A stretch of 64,000 nucleotides of DNA from Sumerlaeia bacterium (GCA_040219255.1 JAVJSW010000042.1:32001-96000); one strand, 5' to 3'; shown: positions 20,374 to 30,849, counted from the first letter of the stretch. Numbers and translations: made by a program. Notes: generated from the sequence alone by a model not told the origin.

Positions 20374-21012
20374 CTACGGGGCGGGCTCTTCCACGGAAGC
20401 GGCTGCCTTCTTCTTGCCGCCGATTTTATTCTCCTCGCCCGACACAAGCCGGGCTATATTCCCGCGATGCTTCACGATCACCGCCCCGCCGATCACCACG
20501 GCCACCCAAAAAGTAGCCGTAAACCCAAGGGTTAGAGCGATCGACGCTGGGAGCGCGATGGCCGCGCAGATCGATCCGAGCGACACATAGCGCGATACCG
20601 CGAGAACGATCAGGAAAGCCGCCAGCGCAATCCCCAGCGCCACCGGCGACAATGCCAGGAACACCCCCGCCGCCGTGGCTACGCCCTTGCCACCCTTGAA
20701 TTTGAGAAAGACATTCGCCAGATTTCCAAAGATCACACAGGCCCCCACCAGCGCCGGGAAAGCCGGGTGGAGGTCCGCCGGGCAAAACGCCGGAATCGCC
20801 AGCGTCGCCCCCAGCGCCTTGCCCAGGTCGATGATCAGGACCGGGATTCCAAACTTCGGACCCATCACGCGAAGGGCATTGGTGAAGCCGATGTTCTTCG
20901 ACCCGTGATCGCGCAAGTCGATACCCCTGAACCACTTGCCGATCAGCAGACCCGTCGGGATGGCGCCGATGAAGTAGGCTAGCAGCAGCCCCAAAATGGG
21001 ATGAAACAACAT
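20374..21012 (-). CDS. plsY: Glycerol-3-phosphate acyltransferase PlsY
   Basis: YFIGAIPTG, DLRDHGSKNIGFTNALR, FKGGKGVAT and KHRGNIARL. Confidence 0.96.
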   Translation of the reverse strand: MLFHPILGLLLAYFIGAIPTGLLIGKWFRGIDLRDHGSKNIGFTNALRVMGPKFGIPVLIIDLGKALGATLAIPAFCPADLHPAFPALVGACVIFGNLANVFLKFKGGKGVATAAGVFLALSPVALGIALAAFLIVLAVSRYVSLGSICAAIALPASIALTLGFTATFWVAVVIGGAVIVKHRGNIARLVSGEENKIGGKKKAAASVEEPAP

Positions 21013-21025
21013 CGTTCGCAGGCCC

Positions 21026-21856
21026 CTAATCGGTCCGGGATAGGGGGCGCATCAGCTCAGCCGCGGCCGCGCCCGGGTCGGGCTGACGCATCAGGCTCTC
21101 GCCCACCAGGACGGCGCTCGCCCCGGCGCCCGCCACCCGCGCCACATCGTCGGGGGTAAAGATGCCGGACTCGCTGATAAAAACAACACTGTCAGGGATC
21201 CGTGCGGCCAGACGCTCCGTCACCGCAAGGTCGACCTCGAACGTCCGCAAATCCCGGTTGTTCACGCCCAGAAGCTTCAAATTCGCGCCGCAGCCCAGCA
21301 CCTTGTCGAGATCCGCGTCGTCGTGGACCTCGACCAGGACGTCCAACCCGCAGGATTCAGCCTCGCGATGAAGCGCGGCGAGCCGGTCGCCATCGAGCGC
21401 GGCGGCGATCAGGAGGATCGCGCTGGCGCCAAAGGCTTTCGCTTCCAGGATTTGTAACTCATGGATAATGAAGTCTTTCCGCAGGAGGGGCTTGGGCGTA
21501 CCATCGGCGGAAAGTTGTTCGCGGATGGCCTTGAGATAAGCCAGGTCGCCTTGAAAAAAGTCCCGATCCGTCAGCACGGAAAGGCAGGCCGCGCCGCCTC
21601 GGGCATAGGCGCGGGCGATGGCCACGGGATCGAAGTCTGGCCGAATGAGGCCTTTGCTGGGCGAGGCCTTCTTGACTTCGGCGATCAGATGGGGGGCGCC
21701 GGGGGCGCGCAAGGCCTCGGTGAAGCTCGGCACCGGCGCCGCGTCGGCCGCCTGCTCGCGCAGACGCCCCTCGGCATGGCGCTCGTCGCTGCTGTCGCCA
21801 AACAGCGCCCGGATTTCTTCGCGTTTGCGGTTGAGAATGCGGTCCAGAATCGTCAT
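21026..21856 (-). CDS. trpC: Indole-3-glycerol phosphate synthase
   Basis: Start MTILDRI; IAEVKKASPSKG, SVLTD, LRKDFI, GVNNRDL, SESGI and LVGESLM. Confidence 0.97.
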   Translation of the reverse strand: MTILDRILNRKREEIRALFGDSSDERHAEGRLREQAADAAPVPSFTEALRAPGAPHLIAEVKKASPSKGLIRPDFDPVAIARAYARGGAACLSVLTDRDFFQGDLAYLKAIREQLSADGTPKPLLRKDFIIHELQILEAKAFGASAILLIAAALDGDRLAALHREAESCGLDVLVEVHDDADLDKVLGCGANLKLLGVNNRDLRTFEVDLAVTERLAARIPDSVVFISESGIFTPDDVARVAGAGASAVLVGESLMRQPDPGAAAAELMRPLSRTD

Positions 21857-21922
21857 GGGCGGATTTTTCACCTCGCGGCGCGCGGTCCCGCAACGGGTAA
21901 ATGAGCGCGAGGTCCCCCCCGA

Positions 21923-22780
21923 ATGCAGAAAACCGCCGCGTTCGCCCGCGCTTTCCCGACACTGCTTCAACTCCCGTTAGCTCTCGCACAGACCGTGCGC
22001 ACGAATCCACTTATCGAGCGCCTTGCTCCCTGGCGCCGTCGGAGCATTTTCCTGCGAGCACTCTTCGTCACCCAAGTATGCCTCGCCGGATTCCTGATCG
22101 TCGTCATCCCGCTCCGCGCCGCTGCGCTGCTCGTCGATTTCAACGATTCCGAAGACGGATTTGTCAGAACAGCGTTGATGCTGACCTACCTGGGGAACTT
22201 CCTATGGGGATCGATTGCTCTGCCTTTGAACTTTTGCTTTTTCCGTTTTCCTTATGAGTCTCCGGAACAACTGCGAGAACTGAGGCTGACCGCCGTCACT
22301 GAGAGGGAATTACGCCAGGCATTGACATTCTGGGGCAGGGCGATGGGGAGTCTGATCCCCGCCATTTCACTCATTCTTCATCTGCCTTTGGTTTTTTTCT
22401 ACTTTATCGGATTGTTTTTCTCTTCATCAGGTGATGTGGAGGACCTGTTTAGTCTTCTTGGGCTAGTCGCTTTAAACCTAACCATTCTGCTTTCTTCGAA
22501 TTGGACCATGAATTTTCTGTGGTTCCGCAGCAGTGAAATCGGCCGGGTGGCCTGGATCGTATTCTTCCTCCCTTTCCTGATTCTTATCCTGATCGCGGCG
22601 GGGGTACTCTCTGGCCTATTGCTTACATTTATTGGCTTGGTGAACCCACCGTTTTTTGTCATGCAGACTTCGGGAATCGTTGTTGCTTGTTTAATCATGT
22701 TTTTTATCTGCAAAGTTTGGTTTCACCACAGCCAGAATGCGAGCACGACCTACTTGAGAAAACGCGCCTGGGAGGAATAG
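21923..22780 (+). CDS. Polytopic membrane protein, paralog A (possibly ABC-2 permease-like)
   Basis: About 6 TM segments; shares NPL..APW.RR.IF and FRFP(Y/F)E.P...EL.LT...TFWG with the next gene; visibly more AT-rich than its neighbours. Confidence 0.7.
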   Translation: MQKTAAFARAFPTLLQLPLALAQTVRTNPLIERLAPWRRRSIFLRALFVTQVCLAGFLIVVIPLRAAALLVDFNDSEDGFVRTALMLTYLGNFLWGSIALPLNFCFFRFPYESPEQLRELRLTAVTERELRQALTFWGRAMGSLIPAISLILHLPLVFFYFIGLFFSSSGDVEDLFSLLGLVALNLTILLSSNWTMNFLWFRSSEIGRVAWIVFFLPFLILILIAAGVLSGLLLTFIGLVNPPFFVMQTSGIVVACLIMFFICKVWFHHSQNASTTYLRKRAWEE

Positions 22781-22782
22781 CC

Positions 22783-23616
22783 ATGTTTGAACGACTCGAC
22801 GACTGGCTTCTCGCCCGCACTGGAAATCCCCTCCTGGTCTGGACGGCTCCGTGGCATCGGCGGGGAATTTTTCCAAAGCTCTTCTTGGTGTGCCAGGCGA
22901 TCATCTATCCGCTGTTTGCCTCTGTCGCATTCATCGCGTTTCTGATCGTCGAAATCGCCGATGGCCACCACATGGGTGCCAACATGTTCGTCGAGCCGAT
23001 GATGATCCTGACCTTTTTCGCAGTCTTTCTTGCTGGCTCTTTTCTGATGCCCTGGAATATGATCGTCTTTCGATTTCCCTTCGAAACCCCGGCGGTCATT
23101 CAGGAACTCATTCTGACCTCGATAACCAGGAAACACCTCGAACAGGCCAGCACCTTCTGGGGCGTTGTCTGTGGATCGATTGTACCTCTGTGGAGCATTG
23201 CTGGGCAAATGGTGATGACCGCCCTGGCCATGATATTCGAGACGACTCGTTCCTACAGAGATTACGAAATCTTCTGGGCGTTTCTTCTGATGATTTCGTT
23301 GTCCGGCGGGTTTTATCTTTGCATGTGGAAGTTTCTGAATTTTCTATGGCTTCGAACATCCGCTGGGCTTAGGCCGATGTGGGGTGTGTTGTTTTGTCCG
23401 CTCTGTATCGCCCACGGTTTAGCGAACCTTTTTGTCATCGCCTATCCCGTCGGGGCGCTCGATCGCTTTTCCCGCAACGAAGTGTTCGTTATCTCGGGCT
23501 TCATTGTCATATACGTTTCGCTGACCGCCGCCACATTCCTGCTCTGGCGGTTCCTCGCGAAGCGCGCTCGCCGGCGCGCCATCACCCGGCTGCTCAACGA
23601 AACCGGCGAGTTCTGA
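22783..23616 (+). CDS. Polytopic membrane protein, paralog B
   Basis: ATG 22783 after GGAGG RBS; same motifs as paralog A. Confidence 0.72.
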   Translation: MFERLDDWLLARTGNPLLVWTAPWHRRGIFPKLFLVCQAIIYPLFASVAFIAFLIVEIADGHHMGANMFVEPMMILTFFAVFLAGSFLMPWNMIVFRFPFETPAVIQELILTSITRKHLEQASTFWGVVCGSIVPLWSIAGQMVMTALAMIFETTRSYRDYEIFWAFLLMISLSGGFYLCMWKFLNFLWLRTSAGLRPMWGVLFCPLCIAHGLANLFVIAYPVGALDRFSRNEVFVISGFIVIYVSLTAATFLLWRFLAKRARRRAITRLLNETGEF

Positions 23617-23628
23617 CCCGCCGCCCGG

Positions 23629-24639
23629 TCACGCCAGGGATTTCAGCAGTTCCAGCGCTTTCCCGCTCTCCTGCACTCGCCGCGCCAGCACCAAACCCTC
23701 TCGGATGTCCCGAGCCTTTCCAGCGATCCAGAGCGCCGCAGCGGCGTTCACGCAGGCCGCGTCGGCGTAGGCTCCCCCTCCCCCGCCGAGCACGTCGCGC
23801 ATGATGCCCGCGTTTTGCGCTTTGTCGCCGCCCACAAGTGCCGCCATCTCAACCGCTTGCAGACCGAGGTCGTGGGGGCTCGTGTGCCAGCGGTGGAGCT
23901 CGCCGCTCTCGTCCAGGTGCAGACCCTGCGTCACCTGCGTCATGGAAATCTCGTCCATCCCATCGGCCCCGCAAACCACCAGGGCGCCCCGCCGGCCAAG
24001 CTTTTGCAGCGCCTGAGCCACGGGCTCGATCAGTTCGGGCCGGGGCACGCCGACGATCTGGTGCGTGGGCCGCACAGGGTTCGCCAACGGGCCGCACAAA
24101 TTGAACATCGTCCGGATTTTGATGGCTGCCCGCGGAGGCCCCGCATGCCGCATCGCCGGGTGGTAGGCCCGCGCGAAGAGGAAGCAGAAGTTCTTTTCCA
24201 TCAGGTCTCTGGCCGCGTCCGCAGGGGCCTTTTCCAGGTTCACGCCGCACTCTTCCAACACGTCCGCGCTGCCGCATTTGGACGACGCGGAGCGATTGCC
24301 GTGCTTGGCCACGCGCACGCCCGCGGCCGCCACGATCAGCGCCGCCGCCGTCGAGACATTGAACGTGTGCAACCCATCGCCGCCGGTGCCGCAGGTGTCC
24401 ACGATGGGCTCGGAGCGATCGATGTCCGGAAAGGCCGTCGCGTGCTCCAGCATGACCTCGACAAACAGGCCCACTTCGCGGCCGCCTTCGCCGGCCATCC
24501 GCATCGCCGTCAGGAACGCCGCCACCTGCTCGCTCATGGCCTCGCCATCCATAATCTGGGCGGCTACGGAACGAATCAATTCGTCGGACAGCGGCTCGCC
24601 GTCGGTCAGGATTTTCAGGGCATTTTCAATCGGGGTCAT
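23629..24639 (-). CDS. trpD: Anthranilate phosphoribosyltransferase
   Basis: [39 protein letters not shown] and DGMDE. Confidence 0.97.
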   Translation of the reverse strand: MTPIENALKILTDGEPLSDELIRSVAAQIMDGEAMSEQVAAFLTAMRMAGEGGREVGLFVEVMLEHATAFPDIDRSEPIVDTCGTGGDGLHTFNVSTAAALIVAAAGVRVAKHGNRSASSKCGSADVLEECGVNLEKAPADAARDLMEKNFCFLFARAYHPAMRHAGPPRAAIKIRTMFNLCGPLANPVRPTHQIVGVPRPELIEPVAQALQKLGRRGALVVCGADGMDEISMTQVTQGLHLDESGELHRWHTSPHDLGLQAVEMAALVGGDKAQNAGIMRDVLGGGGGAYADAACVNAAAALWIAGKARDIREGLVLARRVQESGKALELLKSLA

Positions 24640-24711
24640 GGCGCCGGAGCCTCGTTTCGCATGGGTCTAGGTTTTCCACTCCTGACCGACCGACGGGCGA
24701 GGCGCAAGGCT

Positions 24712-26475
24712 TCACTTCGCCGCTTTCGCGCGCCGTTTCCCCGCGAATTCCAGGAACGTCTCCACATCCCAGCAATTCACCACCTTGTCCTTGACGGCCC
24801 AGCCCTTGCGCGCCATCCGGACGCCGTAGGCGGTGTGCGCGAGGCCGGAAATCTTGTGGGCGTCGGGACCGATCGAGAGCATGGCGCCTTTCTCCAGCGC
24901 GTACTTGACCAGCCGCCAATCCATATCCAGCCGCATCGGGTTGGCGTTGATTTCGATGGCCACGCCTTCCTCCGCGCAGGCCGCGATGACCGCCTTCTGA
25001 TCCAAGTCGTAGCCATCGCGCCGCAGCAGCAGCCGCCCTGTCATGTGGCCCAGCACCGTTGTGAACGGGCTCCGGACCGCGCGGATGATGCGGTCGGTCT
25101 GCTCGGCCTCGGGCAGGTTGAAAACCGAATGGACCGACGCCACAACAAAGTCGAAACCCGCCAGCAAGTCGTCGTCGTAATCCAGCGAGCCATCCTTGCG
25201 GATGTCGCTTTCGATGCCCTTCAGGAGCCGGATGCCCTGCTTGGTGAACTCGGCGTTCACGGCGTCGATTTCCGCCCATTGCTCGCGGACACGGTCCGGC
25301 GAGAGCCCCCCCGCGTAGCCCGCCGACTGGCTGTGATCCGCCAGACCCATCCAGGCGATGCCGTTTTTCGCCGCCCATTCGGCGTAATCGCGCACCCGGG
25401 GCTGGCCGTCGCTGTAGTGGGTGTGCATGTGCAGCAGGCCTCGGATATCGCCCTCCTCGATCAGTTCCGGCAACTCTCCCGCCTCCGCCGCATCGCACTC
25501 GCCCATGTCCTCGCGCAGCTCCGGCGCGACCCATTGCTTCAGGCCGAGGAGCTTGTGCAGGTCGGCTTCGGACCCTGCGGGCTTGCTCTCGCCGGTTTTC
25601 TCCTCGCCTTCGGGGAAGAGGCCGTACTCGTTCAGCACCAGCCCCCGGGCGTTGGCGCGTTGGCGCATGCGGATGTTGTGCTCTTTCGATCCGGTAAAGT
25701 GCGCCAGCGCGAAGGGGTACTGCACCTCCGTGACACAGCGCAAATCCGCCTGAATGCCATCGGAGAGCACGACGCTCGACTTCGTTTTGCCCTTCGCCAG
25801 GACCCGCTCCACGGTCATGAAACCGGTGAAGGCTTTCATCACTTCCTCGGGTTTGCCGGTAGCGCAGACGAAATCGATGTCGTGCACCGTTTCTTTCCAG
25901 CGCCGCAGGCTACCCGCCGCCTCGGCGCGGATCACGGCGGGGTGGCCCTTCAACATGTCCAGCAGCGGCTCGGCGGCTTCGCGGGCTTTGTCCAGACGGA
26001 ACCGCCCGGAACCGGCCTTCACCGTCTCGATTCCCTTCAGGATGTTCTCGACGGTCTTCTTACCAAAGCCCTTCAGCCCATCCAGCTCGCCCGCTTTGGC
26101 CGCCGCCTCCAGCCCATCGAGGGTGGCGATGCCCAGCTCCTCGAAAACCGCCTTGGCCTTTTTCGCCCCAAATCCCGGAACGGTCGTCATCGTCACCAAG
26201 GATGGCGGGTATTTTTCGCGAAGCTCCTCCAGCTCGGCGAAGGTCCCTTCCTTGGCGAATTCTTTGATTTTGTCTGCGATGCCCTTGCCGATGCTGGGCA
26301 ACTCGGTCAGGGCGTTGTCTTCCAGCGCCGCCTGCACATCGTGGTTCTCGTCCAGGATTGTCTGGGCCGCCTTCTCGAAAGCCGCGGTCTTGAAGGAATT
26401 GGCTCCGGCGATCTGGAGCAAAACGGCCATTTCGTTGAACGACTCGGCGAGTCTGCGGCGATTGAGCGGTGGCAT
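24712..26475 (-). CDS. polX: DNA polymerase/3'-5' exonuclease PolX (PolX + PHP domain)
   Basis: Start [17 protein letters not shown]; HhH motifs, [24 protein letters not shown]; PHP motifs HMHT, DHS, GIESDI and DAH. Confidence 0.95.
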   Translation of the reverse strand: MPPLNRRRLAESFNEMAVLLQIAGANSFKTAAFEKAAQTILDENHDVQAALEDNALTELPSIGKGIADKIKEFAKEGTFAELEELREKYPPSLVTMTTVPGFGAKKAKAVFEELGIATLDGLEAAAKAGELDGLKGFGKKTVENILKGIETVKAGSGRFRLDKAREAAEPLLDMLKGHPAVIRAEAAGSLRRWKETVHDIDFVCATGKPEEVMKAFTGFMTVERVLAKGKTKSSVVLSDGIQADLRCVTEVQYPFALAHFTGSKEHNIRMRQRANARGLVLNEYGLFPEGEEKTGESKPAGSEADLHKLLGLKQWVAPELREDMGECDAAEAGELPELIEEGDIRGLLHMHTHYSDGQPRVRDYAEWAAKNGIAWMGLADHSQSAGYAGGLSPDRVREQWAEIDAVNAEFTKQGIRLLKGIESDIRKDGSLDYDDDLLAGFDFVVASVHSVFNLPEAEQTDRIIRAVRSPFTTVLGHMTGRLLLRRDGYDLDQKAVIAACAEEGVAIEINANPMRLDMDWRLVKYALEKGAMLSIGPDAHKISGLAHTAYGVRMARKGWAVKDKVVNCWDVETFLEFAGKRRAKAAK

Positions 26476-26643
26476 AAAAGGAAACTCCGGCGAAAGCTTG
26501 GCTCCCCAGCAGACGCAGGGAACGGGCCCAAGGGCGAGGCGAAATTGCGCCCCGCCACACCCCTCAGACCACCGTTGACGCAACCCCCGCCGATGCGGAC
26601 GCTTCCAAGTCTTGATTTTCCGCCCCGGGAGCCGCCGCCTGCC

Positions 26644-27450
26644 ATGTCCTCCGATCAGCCCTCCGAAGCCCTTGTGCAACAGATCGCCGACCTTGTCGTG
26701 CAGACCCTCGGCAGCCGGGCCGTGGCGCCCGAGGAGGCCGCCGCGCCCAAAGCCGCTCACAAGCCTCTGCGCCCCAACCTGGAGAAGAACGGCATCGCGG
26801 CCTTTATCGACCACACGATCCTGAAGGCCGACAGCACCGAAGCCGCCGTGCGCCGCATCTGCGCCGAAGCCATCGAGCACGATTTCGCCTCGGTTTGCGT
26901 GAACACCTGCTGGGTGCCGCTCTGCGCAGAGCTTCTCGCCGACAGCGCCGTCAAGGTCTGCTGCGTCGTCGGTTTTCCGCTGGGCGCCATGTCCACGGAA
27001 GGCAAGGCCTACGAAACCGCCGACGCCATCGCCAAGGGCGCTGAGGAAATCGACATGGTGGTGCCCGTCGGCCACTTGAAGTCCGGCGACTACGCCTACG
27101 TCCAGCGTGATATCGCCTCCGTCGTGAAAGCCGCGCAAGGCCGGCCGGTGAAGGTGATTCTGGAAACGTCGATGCTGACCGATGACGAGAAGGTCGCCGC
27201 CTGCATCCTCTCCAAAGCCGCCGGTGCCGCCTTCGTCAAAACCAGCACGGGCTTCGGAGGCGGCGGCGCCACCGTCGAGGACGTGGCCCTGATGCGCAAG
27301 TCGGTTGGGGACGCGCTGGGTGTGAAAGCCAGCGGCGGCATCCGCGACGCCAAAACCGCCCACGCCATGATCGCCGCCGGAGCCGACCGCCTCGGATGCA
27401 GCGCCGGGGTGCAGATCGTGGAAGGGAAATCGGGTGGCGCTGGATATTGA
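26644..27450 (+). CDS. deoC: Deoxyribose-phosphate aldolase with an N-terminal extension
   Basis: [45 protein letters not shown] and RLGCS; about 45-aa N-terminal extension. Confidence 0.96.
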   Translation: MSSDQPSEALVQQIADLVVQTLGSRAVAPEEAAAPKAAHKPLRPNLEKNGIAAFIDHTILKADSTEAAVRRICAEAIEHDFASVCVNTCWVPLCAELLADSAVKVCCVVGFPLGAMSTEGKAYETADAIAKGAEEIDMVVPVGHLKSGDYAYVQRDIASVVKAAQGRPVKVILETSMLTDDEKVAACILSKAAGAAFVKTSTGFGGGGATVEDVALMRKSVGDALGVKASGGIRDAKTAHAMIAAGADRLGCSAGVQIVEGKSGGAGY

Positions 27451-27457
27451 GAAAGAT

Positions 27458-27631
27458 TTACCACGGAGACACGGAGGCACGAAGGACTAATGGGACAAAC
27501 AACCAGAAGGTATTTCCCTGTGTCCTTGCCGCCTCTGTTTTCTCCTAAGATCTTATCTGAAGTTTACGCCTTACTTTCCGCGTTCGATCTCAAACCCAAC
27601 CTTCTCCGTGTCTCTGTGCCTCCGTGGTGAA
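27458..27631. mobile_element. MITE-like non-autonomous element bounded by CCACGGAG-N-CACGGAG-type inverted repeats
   Basis: Left end TTACCACGGAGACACGGAGGCACGAAG; right end CTTCTCCGTGTCTCTGTGCCTCCGTGGTGAA (reverse complement TTCACCACGGAGGCACAGAGACACGGAGAAG); AT-richer interior. Confidence 0.6.
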
Positions 27632-27641
27632 TTTCTCCTCC

Positions 27642-29120
27642 GTGAATAATCCTTCCCTCGCCTCCACCCTCGATCTCTTCCCCGCCCGCCGCGTGCTTGT
27701 GGTGGGGGATGCGATTCTGGATCATTACCTGGCCGGCAGCGTCTCGCGAACGTCGCCTGAGGCGCCCGTCCCGGTGCTGAACGTCGAACGCGAAACGTGG
27801 TTGCCCGGCGGCGCGGCGAATGTGGCGCGCAATCTCGCGGCCCAGGAAGCGCAGGCCGTGCTGGTCGGCGTCTGCGGGCGGGACGACGCGGCTCGCGAAC
27901 TGATCCGCGGTCTGGAGGCGGACCCACTCATCACGCCCCGCCTGGTCCAGGACCCGAGCCGCCCCACGACCCTGAAGACCCGCGCCATGGCCCAAGGCCA
28001 GCAGATGCTGCGGCTCGATCGCGAAGACGCAACGTCCATCTCGGAAGCGGTCGAGCAGCAGGTCCGCGCCATTGTGGCGGAAGAAATGCCACGCTGCGAC
28101 GGTGTCATTCTGAGCGATTACGCCAAGGGCCTGCTGACGCCCGCGCTGATCCGGGCCATCGTGGCCGACGCCCAGGCCGCCGGGCGCGAGGTGATCGTGG
28201 ACCCGAAAGGCCGGGACTACGCGCGCTATCGCGGCGCCGCGCTCCTGACGCCGAATAAGAAGGAAGCCCAGGACGCCACCGGACGGGTCATCAAGGGCGA
28301 ACCGAGTGCCATCGAAGCGGCTCGCGACCTGCAGGAAATCGTCGCCGGAGAAGCCATTTGCATCACCCTCGGCGGCGGCGGCGTCGGGATTTTCCCTCGC
28401 GATGGCGAACCGTCCTTTATCCCCGCGCAGGCCCGCGAGGTCTTCGATGTAACCGGAGCGGGCGATACCTTCATATCGCTGCTGGCGCTGGCACGATTCA
28501 GCGGCCTCAGCTTTGAGCAGGCGGCCCGCATCGGCAACGCCGCCGCCGGGATCGTGGTGGGACGCGCCGGCGTGGCGACGGTTCGCCGAAACGAACTGCG
28601 CGCCGACCTGCTTGGCGAAACGGGCCGCCGCAAGCGCATCGGCCGGGGCGAGCTGAAGGAAGCCTGCCGCAGCCTGGCCCTCGCGGGTAAACGCATCGTG
28701 TTCACCAATGGCTGCTTCGATTTGCTCAACGTCTGCCACATTCGCCTGCTCGAGCAGGCGCGGTCGCTGGGGGATGTGCTCGTGGTAGCGATCAACAGCG
28801 ACGCCGGCGTCCGAGCTTTGAAGGGGCCCCCGCGCCCCCTCCTGAACGCTCGCGAGCGTGCGGAACTCCTCGCCGCGCTGCCCTATGTGGACTTTGTGGT
28901 GGAATTCGAGGACGAAACGCCGGAAGCCCTCCTGCGCGACATCCAGCCCGCCATCCTGGTCAAGGGCAGCACCACCGGCGAAGTCGTCGGACGAGACATT
29001 GTCGAAAGTTACGGAGGCGAAGTGCGTTCCCTGGATCTGGGCTTTGGCCCCAAAGTGGAAGATATTCTGGCCCGCGCGGCGGTATCCCCCGCAGCGGCTA
29101 ACAAGGGAGGCCTCCAATGA
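27642..29120 (+). CDS. hldE: Bifunctional heptose-7-phosphate kinase / heptose-1-phosphate adenylyltransferase HldE (RfaE)
   Basis: VVGDAILDHY, SPEAPVPV, GGAANVA, SDYAKG, VDPKG and DVTGAGDT; second domain FTNGCFD...NSD..V..LKG..RP; start uncertain (GTG 27624/27627/27642). Confidence 0.92.
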   Translation: MNNPSLASTLDLFPARRVLVVGDAILDHYLAGSVSRTSPEAPVPVLNVERETWLPGGAANVARNLAAQEAQAVLVGVCGRDDAARELIRGLEADPLITPRLVQDPSRPTTLKTRAMAQGQQMLRLDREDATSISEAVEQQVRAIVAEEMPRCDGVILSDYAKGLLTPALIRAIVADAQAAGREVIVDPKGRDYARYRGAALLTPNKKEAQDATGRVIKGEPSAIEAARDLQEIVAGEAICITLGGGGVGIFPRDGEPSFIPAQAREVFDVTGAGDTFISLLALARFSGLSFEQAARIGNAAAGIVVGRAGVATVRRNELRADLLGETGRRKRIGRGELKEACRSLALAGKRIVFTNGCFDLLNVCHIRLLEQARSLGDVLVVAINSDAGVRALKGPPRPLLNARERAELLAALPYVDFVVEFEDETPEALLRDIQPAILVKGSTTGEVVGRDIVESYGGEVRSLDLGFGPKVEDILARAAVSPAAANKGGLQ

Positions 29121-30250
29121 GCGGCCGCAGTCAATTCGTCGATAGTATCCGGCTCCACGTGAAAGCCGGCGACGGCGGTCACGGCTGCATCGCCTTTCTG
29201 CGCCAGAAGGGCCAGCCCCACGGCGGTCCGGCGGGCGGCGACGGAGGCAAGGGGGGCGACATCATTTTCGAGGCGGACCCGGAATTGGGGACGCTGATCG
29301 ATCTCCGTTACCGCCACAGCATCCGCGCCCAGCGCGGCGCCCACGGCGGCGGCAAGAACATGACCGGCCGCGGCGGTAAGGACGAACTGGTCAAGGTTCC
29401 CCTCGGCACCGTCGTCATCGACGACGCCACCGGCGAGGAACTGGCCGATTTCACCAAACCGGGCCAGCGCGCCGTGATCGCCCGCGGCGGCGACGGCGGC
29501 CTGGGCAACGCCCACTTCGTCACCGCCAGCAACCAGGCGCCCCGCAAAGCCACAGACGGCCGCGAAGGCGATGAGTTCAACCTGATCCTCGAACTGAAGA
29601 TCATCGCCGATTGCGGCTTTGTGGGTCTGCCCAACGCGGGCAAGTCCACGCTCCTGGGCGCCCTCACCGACGCCAACCCCCGCATCGCACCCTATCCGTT
29701 CACCACGCTGTCGCCCAATCTGGGCGTGTTCATCGGCGCGAACTATTCCCGGCGGGTCACGCTGGCCGATATTCCCGGTCTGATCGAAGGCGCCCACACG
29801 GGCCAAGGACTGGGCCACCGATTCCTGCGCCACATCGAGCGAACCCGCGTCCTGGTACACATCGTCGCCCCCGAATCGGGAGCCGACGACGCTGGCGAAC
29901 TGACCCTCGCCGACCCGGACCCGGAGGCCTTGATCTACGCCTTCGATCTCGTCCGCGACGAACTCGAAGCCTATAGCGACCAGCTCCTTCGCAAGCCGGT
30001 CTTGACCTGCCTCAACAAGATCGACCTGCTCTCCGAAGACGAAACGGCCGCCATCTTGCGGGCGTTTCAAAAGGAGCGGGGCATCGACCTGATTCCGATT
30101 TGCGCCAAGGACCCCAACCACCTGGAGCACCTGCGCACACGGCTCGAAGCCGCCGTCGAGGAAGCGACCGCCCCTGGCGAACTCGACCGCGACGACGACG
30201 AAGACTCCCCCGCCACCGGCCACTTTGACTATCGCGAGGAACCGCAATGA
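29117..30250 (+). CDS. obgE: GTPase ObgE/CgtA
   Basis: FVDSIRLHVKAGDGG Gly-rich Obg fold, GLPNAGKST, YPFTT, DIPGLIEGA and NKID. Confidence 0.97.
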   Translation: MSGRSQFVDSIRLHVKAGDGGHGCIAFLRQKGQPHGGPAGGDGGKGGDIIFEADPELGTLIDLRYRHSIRAQRGAHGGGKNMTGRGGKDELVKVPLGTVVIDDATGEELADFTKPGQRAVIARGGDGGLGNAHFVTASNQAPRKATDGREGDEFNLILELKIIADCGFVGLPNAGKSTLLGALTDANPRIAPYPFTTLSPNLGVFIGANYSRRVTLADIPGLIEGAHTGQGLGHRFLRHIERTRVLVHIVAPESGADDAGELTLADPDPEALIYAFDLVRDELEAYSDQLLRKPVLTCLNKIDLLSEDETAAILRAFQKERGIDLIPICAKDPNHLEHLRTRLEAAVEEATAPGELDRDDDEDSPATGHFDYREEPQ

Positions 30251-30849
30251 TCCGCGTCTTGATTCTGATCGTCCTGATGCTGCCCTTGGCTGGCTGCTTT
30301 TCGCTGTTTCCGGGTTTGCCGAGCGGCACCAACCAGGACCTCGGCCGCCTGGAGCGCGCCGTGGACATCAATCCGAAGAATGAGCATGCTTGGTTCCTGA
30401 TGGGCAAGGCGATGCTGGAGCAGGATAAACCCGGCGACGCGGCCGACGCTTTTGAAGAAGCCATCGCCATCACCCCGCAATTCAAGGAAGCGCGCCTTGG
30501 CCTGGGCGTGGCGTTCCTGCAACAGGACAAGTGGAGCAAAGCGGCCCAGACCTACGAGGCCCTGACCCGCGACGACCCCCGATCGGTCTCCGCCTGGGTC
30601 GGTTTGGGAGCCGCCCGGCTGGGTCAAAACGACCTGACCGGCACGGAAGCCGCCGCCCGCCAGGCTCTCGCCATCAACCCCGATTCCTACCGCGCTCATC
30701 GGCTGCTCGGCGAAGTCGCCTACATCCGCGGAGACTACGGCACGGCCGTTGCACAATGGCGTCTCGCCTCCGACGCCGGAGGCGCCCAAAGCGAACTGAT
30801 GCCCATCATCGAAGACCTGGAAGGCTACCTGCGCGAGTACGGCGATTGA
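30247..30849 (+). CDS. TPR-repeat lipoprotein
   Basis: Lipobox LAGC and several TPR-like repeats; 4-bp overlap with obgE. Confidence 0.85.
   Translation: MIRVLILIVLMLPLAGCFSLFPGLPSGTNQDLGRLERAVDINPKNEHAWFLMGKAMLEQDKPGDAADAFEEAIAITPQFKEARLGLGVAFLQQDKWSKAAQTYEALTRDDPRSVSAWVGLGAARLGQNDLTGTEAAARQALAINPDSYRAHRLLGEVAYIRGDYGTAVAQWRLASDAGGAQSELMPIIEDLEGYLREYGD

Noticed and set aside
23815-27480. Apparent 1211-aa DeoC and 922-aa PolX giant proteins
   Set aside because: The N-terminal extensions are antisense read-through of trpD/polX and deoC; the plausible starts are 26644 and 26475
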